Virus record (IMG/VR): IMGVR_UViG_3300005289_000004
Location: 11,641 to 75,640 of that record
Length of the DNA: 64,000 nucleotides
Strand: one strand, 5' to 3'
DNA from: a virus
How positions within the stretch are numbered: the stretch's first letter is position 1; the number at the start of each line of letters is the position of its first letter. The notes under the pieces were generated by a model. It was given only the letters and a program-made list of their open reading frames with translations, ran no database searches and was not told the DNA's origin. The position numbers and the translations under genes are program-made. Positions 51,801-61,867 of the stretch are shown here, one piece after another.

Positions 51801-53838
51801 TAACAGTGACGGTTTATTTGACAAAGGAGAAGTGTTAGCAATCATAGTGCAGCCTTCCGAACAACTCGAAGCTTACCAGCTATTTAAAAAAGACAGTAAA
51901 GTGTTATCTAAGCAGTTTATCAGAACCAATACAAGGAATGCTAAACCAAAGGAGATCATATCGTTAGCTTCTCACTTAACTAAATTAGGAATACAGTATA
52001 AACAAATTAACAGTTTGAAGGGATGAAAAACATTGATACTACAAAACCAAATTGGTTTACAAAAGAGGTTAAAGAGTCTTGGTTAGCTGACCTTAAATCT
52101 GGCAAGTTTATACAAGGGTACGGAGCTTTAAGATATGAAAAAACCTACTGTTGTCTTGGGGTACTTTGTGTAACATTAGATAAAGAATACGAGTTAATCA
52201 GTGAATGTGGTATGAGTAATGGGGATAGCATCTATAACTTACTAGGCCGGGAAATAGGCGACATGAGGGTAGATCATCTGTTTAGGGCTAATGACAGGGA
52301 CTATAACAATAAACACCACAAACATGACTACTCAAACGTAATACCATTAATTGAACAGTTACCTACTAAAGATTAAGTTATGAAAGACGAGAAATTTAAC
52401 CAACTAGTGCTACACATTAATATTCTTATGGGTATATATGCGGAGAGGGAAAAGACCAAAGCGGAATTTAACAGTTACGGAGAAGCGCACGAATGTTTAA
52501 TTAAAAGATCAGTGTTAGAGAATTTACTTATAGAGGCAACTAAAATCAGCAAAGATGAAAAAGTTTAAATCATACTGTCTCCAAACTTTGGATAAAAGTA
52601 ATGGTGGCTATCAACACAGAATGCAAAATAAAACGTTATATCTGGCTAAGGGAGGTGTTGAACTTAAATTAGATGGGCATGAGATTAAAGAATTACTACA
52701 AACGCTTGGTGTTACAGGCGATTTTTGGAATGGATTTAAAGATTAAGTTATGAAACGGTATAGAATAATAAACAGGCTCTATAAAACACTGCTCTTCTTA
52801 TTGCTAACTGTTATACCTCTTACTATGTATCATTTAGACGGTGGTATGAGTAGCTGGTATCCGATATACTATCATTTAATTTGTGGGGCTACGATTAGCT
52901 TGGCATACGATCTACCCTTGTTCCTTAAAAGAAAAATAACAGGGTTATGAGTATAGATAATATGTGTAGCGTAGTCGAGGACTATATTTACAAAAGAAAG
53001 AACGTAAGAGTAACAATCAACAGAGGTTCAATTAATAACTATGCACACTTTCAAATGTTATAAATGGCGTATGAAGTTGCAATAAACTACAAAGACAATG
53101 GCTACTAAAGAATCAGTTATCGCAAATTTGACTAAAGCTACGTATTCGGCAAAAGAAGTCCTGCATTTAATTAGTACTGTTACATTAGACCCTATAAAAC
53201 CGCCCTTTATTATTAAAGGAGATTGTTATTTTGACAGAATTGGGGCTAAGAAAAGACCGTTCTGTGTTATTAAGGTTGTCAGTGATTTAGCTTATGCTAT
53301 ACCGCTTACTACAACTGATAATCAAATGGTGCTGTGTGAAGGTAAGATGCCTAGGTTTGCCCCTAATTACGGGTTAGCTAAGTCTTATTTTGCAAGATCA
53401 GTGGTTGCTGTCCCTATTAATGTGGTGCAAGAGAACTACATGTTTAACTATGAGAATAACGCAGCTATTAACAAAGCTATCCGAGAAATGCGAAAATTAA
53501 TGTGGCAAGTGCTTGGATAATAGAAAACTAACATTTATATTTACAAAATGAAGTACTTAGAATTTTATAGGTTAAGACATAAACCAACAGGTCTTTATTA
53601 CAAACCTAAACGAAAGAGTTGGGACGGTAACCTTTCAAGAAAAGGTAAAGTGTATACCGTAAAGCCTAGTTTAAACCACGTTGGTCTTTGGGTTGATCTG
53701 CCTACAAGCTATGCACCTAATCAAGCAGTCGTTAAAACTGTTATTGAATGTATGGGTGCAGATGCTGTTAAAGAGCGGTATGGTAGACGGTATATTGATT
53801 GCACACAAGAAGATTGGGAAATAACAAAAGAAAATTAA
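48822..53838 (+). CDS. Early gene region: about 20 small hypothetical genes
   Basis: Follows ~1 kb non-coding DNA and a TATGTTTG promoter near 48580; short ORFs with A-rich initiation regions. Confidence 0.55.
51584..51778 (+). CDS. Possible Tad2/DUF2829-like small protein
   Basis: E...A.QG.K..H.YF..W and terminal D.W pattern; weak resemblance only. Confidence 0.3.
   Translation: MRLPEMVALAQQGVKMTHRYFSENEWLVMQGNLVVFEDGVKIFLSEWITNKEWLNDGWSKFEEL
53098..53520 (+). CDS. PemK/MazF-fold protein
   Basis: KGD....KKRPFCVI....AIPLTT matches the PemK/MazF signature. Confidence 0.5.
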   Translation: MATKESVIANLTKATYSAKEVLHLISTVTLDPIKPPFIIKGDCYFDRIGAKKRPFCVIKVVSDLAYAIPLTTTDNQMVLCEGKMPRFAPNYGLAKSYFARSVVAVPINVVQENYMFNYENNAAINKAIREMRKLMWQVLG

Positions 53839-53844
53839 AACATT

Positions 53845-55035
53845 ATGAAAAAAGAATTAAAAGGGTTAGAACAACCCAAAACAGTTGTGCATTGTGACAC
53901 AGAAGAAAAAGCTAACCAAGTACTTAAAATTGCTACAGAGGCTGGCTATGATGGTTTCAGTGATGGTGTTAAGTATTCGGAGGATAACAAGTATGAGCGC
54001 TACAAAGAGAACACATGTTATCAAATTAAACAAGGGTGGTACTCAGGTTTAAACTTTTACACAAGTGAAGGTTACAAGATAATCACAGCAGAAGAATTTA
54101 TTAAAGCTAACCCAACAGTAAAGCTACCCTCCAAAGAAGATGTATACGTAGTACTTGACACACCGGAAAAAGTAAGACAGTTTTATAGTGTTCTTGTACA
54201 GGCAAATGAACCTATATATTATACCTCTAAAGAACGTTGGAGTAAAGGTGAGGTTGACAGTGAATATGATTATTCAAAATATAGTGGTGGTGAATGGAAT
54301 GGGCTTGGAATAAAAAGTGGAACAGAAGTATCAGTAGAACAATTAGCAGAAATATTAAACGTAAAGGTCGTGGAAACAAATTATCGGTTTAAGGTAGGTG
54401 ACAGAGTTAGCACAGCTCATGGAATAGGTACAATCGTAGCTATAACTGACCATCAAAGTCAAAAATACATAGTAGCGAACGACCAAACATTCTTGCAAGG
54501 GCACAACTGTTACAGCAATTCGAATATAATTGACGGTAGCAAGGACGGTTTAAACAGTAACGGTTGGTTTTATAAAGAAAATGAAATGGAATTAGTTAAG
54601 ACAGAAACTCAAACTAAATCGTCCGAGAAAACTCAAACTATCATCCCTAACCGTAAAGTATCACGTGAAGCTCTGGCTGTTATTTACCCACAAGTTTGTT
54701 CAGGATGGCAAGCTAATATTACCAGTCTGTTAGCTAAGACCAGTGCATTTAGCAATGAGGTTGAAGTATCTGAGGATATGGTTAAGACAGCTTATAATGA
54801 GGCTAACGACACGCAAAGAAAATGGCTGAACCTACACTTACCTGCACCTAAAAAGATTGAAACAGTTGAGGTTGTTAAGTGGGCTGTTCTTGACTTAGAA
54901 GATTTAATCATAGGCTCTTATGCAACTGAAAAATTAGCAAGAGGAGCTGCTGGCGGTAATACTGTTGTTGAACTTAAAGGTAGCTACACCGTAGAAGTAG
55001 AAGATGAAGAGTACAGTTTTGAGTTGCCCTTCTGA
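53845..55035 (+). CDS. Multi-domain hypothetical protein with acidic ELPF tail
   Basis: Two related N-terminal domains (VHCDTEEK / VVLDTPEK), SH3-like FKVGDRV segment, C-terminal EDEEYSFELPF. Confidence 0.6.
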   Translation: MKKELKGLEQPKTVVHCDTEEKANQVLKIATEAGYDGFSDGVKYSEDNKYERYKENTCYQIKQGWYSGLNFYTSEGYKIITAEEFIKANPTVKLPSKEDVYVVLDTPEKVRQFYSVLVQANEPIYYTSKERWSKGEVDSEYDYSKYSGGEWNGLGIKSGTEVSVEQLAEILNVKVVETNYRFKVGDRVSTAHGIGTIVAITDHQSQKYIVANDQTFLQGHNCYSNSNIIDGSKDGLNSNGWFYKENEMELVKTETQTKSSEKTQTIIPNRKVSREALAVIYPQVCSGWQANITSLLAKTSAFSNEVEVSEDMVKTAYNEANDTQRKWLNLHLPAPKKIETVEVVKWAVLDLEDLIIGSYATEKLARGAAGGNTVVELKGSYTVEVEDEEYSFELPF

Positions 55036-55060
55036 TAAAACAAACAGCAGTCTTGTCTCG

Positions 55061-55095
55061 AACCGTTATCTCTTAATTGGGGTAGCGGTTTTGTT
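55061..55095 (+). terminator. Rho-independent terminator of the early operon
   Basis: AACCGTTATCTC/GGGGTAGCGGTT stem then T-rich tail. Confidence 0.7.
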
Positions 55096-55099
55096 GTTT

Positions 55100-55600
55100 A
55101 AGCATTATTAACTTTAAAGAAACTGGTAATTTTGACTATAATCAACTGTCCTATAGTGCTATACAACTATCATCTAAACAGGGATTCTTAACCACTCAGC
55201 ATAAATAGAACTGGTAATAGCACACTCGCTAGAAAATGCAACTTGGTAGTTAAGATAAAAGGTAAAAGGTTAGTCTTCGACCCCTCCTGTAAATTATTGT
55301 ATTTGATATCGCCAGTCACTTTTATGGCATTGCTTCCTAAATTAATAGCTTGGGGAATCCGAATTTACAAGGACAACGGTTGGGTACGTTTCAGCGATAA
55401 CTATACAGAAGCTATGTATCTGATCCAATATACGTGTGAAGTATAAAGTGTGGATGCTTGAATGCTTAGACTCAAAACAAAAGCAACAGCCCCCGTATGT
55501 AAGAGTGCAACGTCTTTACGGATAAATAGTGGGGGCAGGAATATTGCTTTGAATATCTTTTATTATTTATCTAACGTTGCAATACAAAGGTGCAACAAAG
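55100..55600 (-). ncRNA. Second candidate large structured ncRNA with kissing-loop module
   Basis: TATATTTG promoter at 55632-55639 (minus); loops TGCAACGT/ACGTTGCA; linker TAAAAGATATT identical to the 31.6 kb copy; no credible ORF. Confidence 0.5.
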
Positions 55601-55672
55601 ATTTAATATATTTTGACTAGGCTTAATGGGACAAATATACAAATAATTCTTATATTTACAAAAAGAAAAGTT

Positions 55673-56068
55673 ATGCCTAAAATATGTAAGCTATGCACTT
55701 ACCCCGTATTCTCAAAAGGACTGTGTGTAAGGCACGATAGGGAGAGAAGAGCAGTAGAGTCCCAGAAGAGTCCGAAAGTGGCTAGAAACGCCCCAAAACG
55801 ATCTCAAATAAAGAAGAAGTTTCCTAAACCTACCGGAGAAAAGTCCTTGTTTCTTGAGATATGGAATGAAAGACCTCACATCTGTGTTAATTGTAAGACT
55901 CACTTAGGAGATGAACCGTTAGCACACTACTTTAGTCACATTAAACCGAAAGGTCTGTACCCTGAATTACGGTTGGATAAATCTAACGTAGAAATTTTGT
56001 GTATACCATGCCATACTGCATATGGAACACAGTCAAAAGAAAAGTACGAGGCTAGGGCTAGGTTGTAA
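55673..56068 (+). CDS. HNH/NinG-like nuclease
   Basis: CVNC..FSHIKPKG.YPELRLD..N..LCIPCH. Confidence 0.75.
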   Translation: MPKICKLCTYPVFSKGLCVRHDRERRAVESQKSPKVARNAPKRSQIKKKFPKPTGEKSLFLEIWNERPHICVNCKTHLGDEPLAHYFSHIKPKGLYPELRLDKSNVEILCIPCHTAYGTQSKEKYEARARL

Positions 56069-56126
56069 ACTAGAAAATGAACAATAAACTTAACTAGTTT
56101 AGTATGCAATATCAGGTTTAGTAAAT

Positions 56127-56160
56127 AAAAAAGGTGAGCTAACATTTCTGCTAACCCACC
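56127..56160 (-). terminator. Rho-independent terminator
   Basis: GGTGGGTTAGCA-GAAA-TGTTAGCTCACC followed by T6 on the minus strand. Confidence 0.8.
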
Positions 56161-56183
56161 CAATCACGGGGATGATTTAATGT

Positions 56184-57047
56184 TTACTTGGCTGTTAGTT
56201 GTCCGTACATTTCCAGTACCTTATCAATAGGCGCTTCTTTCACAAACTCTTGTACGCTTGTAAATTTGTAGCCTGATTTTATGGTTGATTTGAGTACAGT
56301 TGCTGCGTCTAGTTTGTTAAATAATTCCAATGCCTTAGCACGTCTGGCAGATTCGTCAGAAGCCGAACCCTCTGTAGGTTGACCTTTTACTTCCGTTTTA
56401 TCAAAGTTAGTGTTAGGTTGGATTGCACTACCAGTAATTTGTGTGCTAGGTTTAGATTTTTCCGTAGTGGTAGCTTTAGCAGTTGGTGTAACCTTTTTTA
56501 CTGGTTGTGGTGTTACTGTTGCACCTGCTAAGGCTTTAACTCCATACTTAGTCCTATCTAAATCTCCACTCTCTGCAACTTTCTCACAGTATTCAGTTAG
56601 CTCATCAACAGTCCAAAGGATTTTACTATCATCTGTAGCAGGGTATTCCTTGCCATTTGTGTGAGTAGCTGTCTTTAAAGTTATGATTCCTAGTTTATAC
56701 AAGAACCGACCCAATCCCCATTTGACACAGGCTCTTTTAAATGCGTCAGATATTTCACCCTTTTCAGCGTCAGTGTTAGACTCTGTACCTAAATCTTTCT
56801 TAGTTACCCATTCTTCACCGTCAGCTCTGCCTACTAAAATTGAAACTGATGCCACTACACTCTTATCTAGCAGTTCGTAATTGTCTTGCCAGTTCTCTGC
56901 ACCTAGTACATCATCCAACCGTTGCGCTGCCTGTCTGGAATCGATATAGCTGACAATAGTTGCTCTTCCGTTCTTAGCTGACTGTAATCTATACTTGTAA
57001 GGTATATTTTCTTGTAGCTGTTTTAATTGTTCTGTTGTTACTCCCAT
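56184..57047 (-). CDS. Rad52/Rad22-like ssDNA annealing protein (Sak)
   Basis: YIDSR...RLDDVLG..NW..K.D.G..EKG..SDAFKRACVKWGLGRFLY. Confidence 0.85.
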   Translation of the reverse strand: MGVTTEQLKQLQENIPYKYRLQSAKNGRATIVSYIDSRQAAQRLDDVLGAENWQDNYELLDKSVVASVSILVGRADGEEWVTKKDLGTESNTDAEKGEISDAFKRACVKWGLGRFLYKLGIITLKTATHTNGKEYPATDDSKILWTVDELTEYCEKVAESGDLDRTKYGVKALAGATVTPQPVKKVTPTAKATTTEKSKPSTQITGSAIQPNTNFDKTEVKGQPTEGSASDESARRAKALELFNKLDAATVLKSTIKSGYKFTSVQEFVKEAPIDKVLEMYGQLTAK

Positions 57048-57052
57048 GTTTT

Positions 57053-58402
57053 TTATTTTTTAATTAATTCACAAATTTGTTTAGCAAGATTAGAGACGAT
57101 ATTACCTGTTTGTGTTAGGTCGGTGTACTCTACAATAAAGTCTATAAAGTCAGTTTCTACATTAAATTCTTCATCTACAATCAGGCACTTAGCAAACTTA
57201 TCAGCCACAACCTTACTGCCTTTTAGTTTAGCAACCTTAATCTCTACGTCAATTTTAAAGTTGTACAGTTTAGTAATACTGTCTTGAATAGAAGGTGTAG
57301 TGCTAACAACGTCAACCTCAGCAACGGGAACAGACTCTACCGAAACAGTTTTACTGTAACTCCATAAGCTATCCTCTACAGTTTTGATCTTTCTACCTGT
57401 TAGTGTGCAATCCTTACGGCTTTTAACCTTATCGATTAACCATCTGTATGAACTAACCTCTCCATGCTCCTCATTAACTGCTGTAACCACCTCGTTAACT
57501 AGATTTGAAACAGCATAATAAGAGCCAGCTTCACTTAAAAACTCATTCTCTTTAACTTCAAAGTCTGGTGTTATAATAACTTCAAGAAAGTCTCTGTTAG
57601 TAGTTGTGCATACAGCGTTGGCTATTGTCTGTTCTATCTCGTACACATTTCTAAGTAACCGTCTTTCATCGATCTCACCAAAGTTAATGTTCCAAGCAAA
57701 CCGACTAGGTATGTCTTTGTCCTCATGCACCAGAATGTTACGTTTGTATATACGTAGGTAATCTTCCTCGTTAGCTAGCACCTCAATACCTTCATTTAGT
57801 TTATACAGCACATCAGACTCATTTATGTAAAGGTGCTTGTTATTCCAAACTTCGGTAAAAGCATTCTCTTCATCAAAGGAAAGTGAAATGATAGTTCCCT
57901 CCACTACATCCTCACCGACATAATTTGGAGACTCTGAAATAGTACCACCCTCATCAACCATATTAGAATACAGTTCTCTTAGAGCCATCCACAACTCCCA
58001 ATTATACCCTAGATTCTTAGCAAAGCCTGTATCAATAGTCCAATCTTCTGGTGAGCTAGGTTCACGCATATCATATTGGTTCATAGGTAACCCTCCATGT
58101 GGAGTACGTGTACAGTTTACTCTTATCAGTTCTTTCTCTTTACCTGTATTGCCACACTGACTTACAAAGGTTGTAAAACTGTAGCTTTCTGTAGTTGGTT
58201 CTTCCCAAGTTTCATGTACAATAGGTTCCCCTTCAACATGAATGCTAATTTCTACATCGTGTCTGAGCAACAAAGCTATAGCATATTTAAGACCGCTATC
58301 AAACTGCCCTATTGTATTTACATTTCCTCTTTTTACAGAGTCTCCCATAGAGGTTATATCGAGAACGGATATTCTTGTTGGCGTAATAAAGTTTATTTCC
58401 AT
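57053..58402 (-). CDS. GHKL-type ATPase with permuted motif order
   Basis: IGQFDSGLKYAIA (G2-box-like) precedes ALRELYSNMVDE (N-box). Confidence 0.65.
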   Translation of the reverse strand: MEINFITPTRISVLDITSMGDSVKRGNVNTIGQFDSGLKYAIALLLRHDVEISIHVEGEPIVHETWEEPTTESYSFTTFVSQCGNTGKEKELIRVNCTRTPHGGLPMNQYDMREPSSPEDWTIDTGFAKNLGYNWELWMALRELYSNMVDEGGTISESPNYVGEDVVEGTIISLSFDEENAFTEVWNNKHLYINESDVLYKLNEGIEVLANEEDYLRIYKRNILVHEDKDIPSRFAWNINFGEIDERRLLRNVYEIEQTIANAVCTTTNRDFLEVIITPDFEVKENEFLSEAGSYYAVSNLVNEVVTAVNEEHGEVSSYRWLIDKVKSRKDCTLTGRKIKTVEDSLWSYSKTVSVESVPVAEVDVVSTTPSIQDSITKLYNFKIDVEIKVAKLKGSKVVADKFAKCLIVDEEFNVETDFIDFIVEYTDLTQTGNIVSNLAKQICELIKK

Positions 58403-58453
58403 ATTTAAAAGAGATAAGAAGGGAGAGAGTGTTTAATTCCCTCCCGACAAGGG

Positions 58454-58732
58454 TTACTCAGAGATGAACTCTGCTTCAAAAGATTTGTAAAGCTCTAGGG
58501 ATGACTTTAGTTCTTTGATGTTGTTATACAGCCCTTCTATAACAGATTTGTCAAGTGGAGTCTCGTTAGACAGACGAACAGTTAGTTGCTCAGTAGCGTC
58601 TTCAATCTTATCCTCAATGTCCCGTTTAGCACGTTTTAAAAACTTAGCGTCTTTAGTGGTAGTTAAGTCGATAACTGACTGTACGTTTTTCTCCTCAGAG
58701 AGTGTTGCTTTTAATAAGTCTTTTCTTTTCAT
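58454..58732 (-). CDS. Coiled-coil hypothetical protein
   Basis: 92 aa helical ORF followed by a hairpin. Confidence 0.6.
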   Translation of the reverse strand: MKRKDLLKATLSEEKNVQSVIDLTTTKDAKFLKRAKRDIEDKIEDATEQLTVRLSNETPLDKSVIEGLYNNIKELKSSLELYKSFEAEFISE

Positions 58733-58790
58733 GATTACTTTTATTTTTTGTTAAAGATATAGTTTAATATTTAATCTGCCAAATTTATTA

Positions 58791-59873
58791 TCACTTAATT
58801 GAGAAATATCCTTTTTTCAGATTGGTTGGTCTTCTGTTGATACACTTTCTATCTCCCGCTTTAAGTCCTTCAAAATCTTCACAAGCTAACAGTATTCTAG
58901 CTTTTAGTAAATCCTTGTAATCTTTTATCTTATTTAACAGTGAATTACATTTAAGGTACTGGTTCATGTGGTACTCATCTGTATCATCTCCTTGTTTCTC
59001 AAGACCGTTACTATCATCATACACCTCTTTAAGAAGCTCCACATTATCACCGTCTGTACCATCAGAGCTAACCATACCAACAGGTTCAGGGGTAACACTT
59101 TCAAATATAGCGTGGAATGCTGCATACTCTTCCATATCACCAGCTAGTTCAGCTTCTTTCATCCCTTGTAAAGCCATCTTACCGATCTTAACTTTCTCAG
59201 CAAAAAGATTTACCTGTTCGATAATAAACTGCTGTCTTATTGGATTAGCTTCTATCTCTTTGGCTTTGAATTTAACACCGTCTATAAGAACTAAAAACAC
59301 AGCTAATGGAGTATTGGTTAATAAACATTGGTACAGTATTTGGTCGTAATACTGAGCTGCTATACCATCAGGCCACTTCATAACGTACTGTGCGTTACTG
59401 TGCTTTAACTCAATTGGTGTAAGAGGCGCATACTGCTCACCTGTGAATGGAGAAAACTGTTTACCTTTTGGTGTATAGTCAAGCGATAAGAAGCTGTGAG
59501 GATATGCTGAGTTCAACAGGAAATACTCTGCTTTACTTGTCTTACGTAACTTTACTTTGTTAAGCGCATTAATATAAGATTGCTCTTCACTATTAGGGTC
59601 GAAACTTTCCCATCTGCTAATAGTTATCGGTTCTTGAAGGTGGCCTGCTAATGTAGTCTCTGTAATAAAGAAACTGTGGTGGTAACCTGTCAAGTGGTAA
59701 AATAACCTCATAGGACACTTCCATCTGTTAGTCCCGGTTATGACACTTACGTCACTTGCACCTATACGAACTATATCGGGGTCGCCAATACCTTCAATTT
59801 TCTTTCTAGCCAAACCCCAATCGTCCATTGAAAGATTCTTAGCCCACTTGATTTTTGTTATTTTACTTTTCAT
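58791..59873 (-). CDS. YqaJ/lambda-exonuclease-like recombination nuclease
   Basis: IGASDV..W..P..L...TG, GH..EP, SLD..ELK, Y..Q...Q. Confidence 0.85.
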   Translation of the reverse strand: MKSKITKIKWAKNLSMDDWGLARKKIEGIGDPDIVRIGASDVSVITGTNRWKCPMRLFYHLTGYHHSFFITETTLAGHLQEPITISRWESFDPNSEEQSYINALNKVKLRKTSKAEYFLLNSAYPHSFLSLDYTPKGKQFSPFTGEQYAPLTPIELKHSNAQYVMKWPDGIAAQYYDQILYQCLLTNTPLAVFLVLIDGVKFKAKEIEANPIRQQFIIEQVNLFAEKVKIGKMALQGMKEAELAGDMEEYAAFHAIFESVTPEPVGMVSSDGTDGDNVELLKEVYDDSNGLEKQGDDTDEYHMNQYLKCNSLLNKIKDYKDLLKARILLACEDFEGLKAGDRKCINRRPTNLKKGYFSIK

Positions 59874-60750
59874 TTATTTCTGTTTTTTGGTATTTCCAAA
59901 TATAACCTTTGTAAGAACAGTACCTACCTGTCCTACAAGAACTAATACCTTGAGCCCCTATACCTAAAGATTCGGCAGCCTCTTTAGCACTTTTATAAGT
60001 AGCAATATACTTACCTTCAAGGGTGTATTGCTCCACAGGCAAAAATTTACTACTGCTAATCTTATCTTTACTTTCCTTATTGTGTTTCTTCCCTGTACTT
60101 GTAATTCTAAGTCTTTCAATATGCTCTGGCGACAATTTTCTACCTCTATTAAAAGTGTGTCCTTTTAGTTTATCAGACTTGGTTAGTTTTGCCATTTCTA
60201 GTACGTCAGTTGAGTATGTTGTAACCTCATTAGCCCATAAAAACCCATATGCAGTCAAAAATTTACCTTTTATACAATACCTAATGTAGCTCGCAGTATA
60301 ATTACTAAACTCCCTGATTTCACTCCAATTCTTCCAAACTCGCACAAGATTACCGTCTGTGTCATATTGATATTTGTAATCTATAAGCGCAGAGTTGTAT
60401 GCTTTTAAAGATTTAATAACTTTATCACGAGTTTCATCTGAATACACCACTCTACTCTCGTCAGTTTGTACATACTTACAGTTTAGTCCCTCACTTCTAT
60501 CTAATACATTATAGTACTCTTGCCAGTACCTTTCTCTAGTGTATAAATTTACATCTTCACATAATTCTAATATATCAAACTCATGAGTTTTAGACCCATA
60601 CTTTTTTAAAGAATTATATAGCTTTATTTGTTTTGAACAAGATAATTTTTTATAGTCTTCAAATCTTCTAGCAATGTTTTTAGAACTACCTACATAAACT
60701 TTCCCTACAGGGGAGGTAACCTTATATACCCCACATAATACTTCATCCAT
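59863..60750 (-). CDS. Free-standing GIY-YIG homing endonuclease (NUMOD3/NUMOD1)
   Basis: GVYKVTSPVGKVYVGSSKNIARR; NUMOD3 GKKHNKESKDKIS; NUMOD1 VEQYTLEG. Confidence 0.9.
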   Translation of the reverse strand: MDEVLCGVYKVTSPVGKVYVGSSKNIARRFEDYKKLSCSKQIKLYNSLKKYGSKTHEFDILELCEDVNLYTRERYWQEYYNVLDRSEGLNCKYVQTDESRVVYSDETRDKVIKSLKAYNSALIDYKYQYDTDGNLVRVWKNWSEIREFSNYTASYIRYCIKGKFLTAYGFLWANEVTTYSTDVLEMAKLTKSDKLKGHTFNRGRKLSPEHIERLRITSTGKKHNKESKDKISSSKFLPVEQYTLEGKYIATYKSAKEAAESLGIGAQGISSCRTGRYCSYKGYIWKYQKTEINEK

Positions 60751-60812
60751 AATAGTGTAAATATAATCACTATGTATGAGTAAATTTAGATAGGGTATAT
60801 AAAGAAAACAAT

Positions 60813-61292
60813 TTAAATATATACTATCACAGTTTTTTCAGTCGGTCTAACTTCATAGCCATATCCATTGTCGTAAGTTCCACCTTCGTAAGAAGCATAC
60901 CAACCGTCTGTACGGATATAAACATCATGGTCTACAAAGTGCTTAACGGAGTAATAGTCTGACCCTTTGCCCTCGCCTCCGTAGTCCTCAACCGTTACAA
61001 CCTTACCTAAACCAAGCTGTTCTAGTATCTGACGATCTGATTCTTCATACCTACTAGGCATGTTTTGCCACTGTTTAAACAAAGGGTCGTTAACCCTGTT
61101 AGAGTTTGGTAGCTTGGGTTCAATTTCTTTCCAGAAGTCATCCTTAGCTTTCTGAACCTGTTCTACTTTTTCTTGGTCGATAGTTACAACTGAGTCATCT
61201 TCCAACTCTGACCATTGAGCTTCACCAAAGTTGTCATTACTCCAATTCTTTTCTGCGATTTCTAAAATCTGCTGTGCTGTTAGCTTATTCAT
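60813..61292 (-). CDS. SYxG-motif protein, paralog 3
   Basis: C-terminal YASYEGG..EVRPTEKTVIVY. Confidence 0.65.
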   Translation of the reverse strand: MNKLTAQQILEIAEKNWSNDNFGEAQWSELEDDSVVTIDQEKVEQVQKAKDDFWKEIEPKLPNSNRVNDPLFKQWQNMPSRYEESDRQILEQLGLGKVVTVEDYGGEGKGSDYYSVKHFVDHDVYIRTDGWYASYEGGTYDNGYGYEVRPTEKTVIVYI

Positions 61293-61593
61293 AATACGTT
61301 ACTTGTTTTGTTTGAGGGTTTACAAATTCTAAATTATTCCAGTCTGTACCACTATAAGAGCAACGTGTACCAGACAATCTGACGAATAGGTCTAGTTCTT
61401 CATGCCTATAAATGCGTTTCAACTTGCTGTCTTCACTTCCGTAAGAATCATAGTTAATTACGTCATCGTTAGACACTAAAGTTAGCCCTATTTTATTTGA
61501 CTCAGGATTTTCTTGTAAGTCTTCAACTAACTCATACACACCATCTTCATAAAGTTCCTCGAACCTCTGATTAAATATTTCTTGATTATTCAT
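61285..61593 (-). CDS. SYxG-motif protein, paralog 2
   Basis: RCSYSG..FVNPQTKQVTYYE. Confidence 0.65.
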   Translation of the reverse strand: MNNQEIFNQRFEELYEDGVYELVEDLQENPESNKIGLTLVSNDDVINYDSYGSEDSKLKRIYRHEELDLFVRLSGTRCSYSGTDWNNLEFVNPQTKQVTYYE

Positions 61594-61867
61594 ATACTGT
61601 TTCGTAAACTGTTACTTGTTGTGTTCGTGGTTTTACAAATTGCACTGATGTAATACCAATGGTATCGCCATAAGAATCGGAGGTTTCTACAACCTTTAGA
61701 AATAAGCCGTCCGACATGTCATAAACGCTAGTGCGCTCTCCTGTATCCCCTTGATCTTTTTCTGATGAAAAGTTGTCAGATTCGTTTTGTTGTACTTGTT
61801 TGTACTTTCTCTTCAAAGACCACTCTGATAAATCCAATAGTGCTTCGTTAATCTTTTTTAAGTCCAT
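61586..61867 (-). CDS. SYxG-motif protein, paralog 1
   Basis: SDSYG..FVKPRTQQVTVYE. Confidence 0.65.
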   Translation of the reverse strand: MDLKKINEALLDLSEWSLKRKYKQVQQNESDNFSSEKDQGDTGERTSVYDMSDGLFLKVVETSDSYGDTIGITSVQFVKPRTQQVTVYETVYE

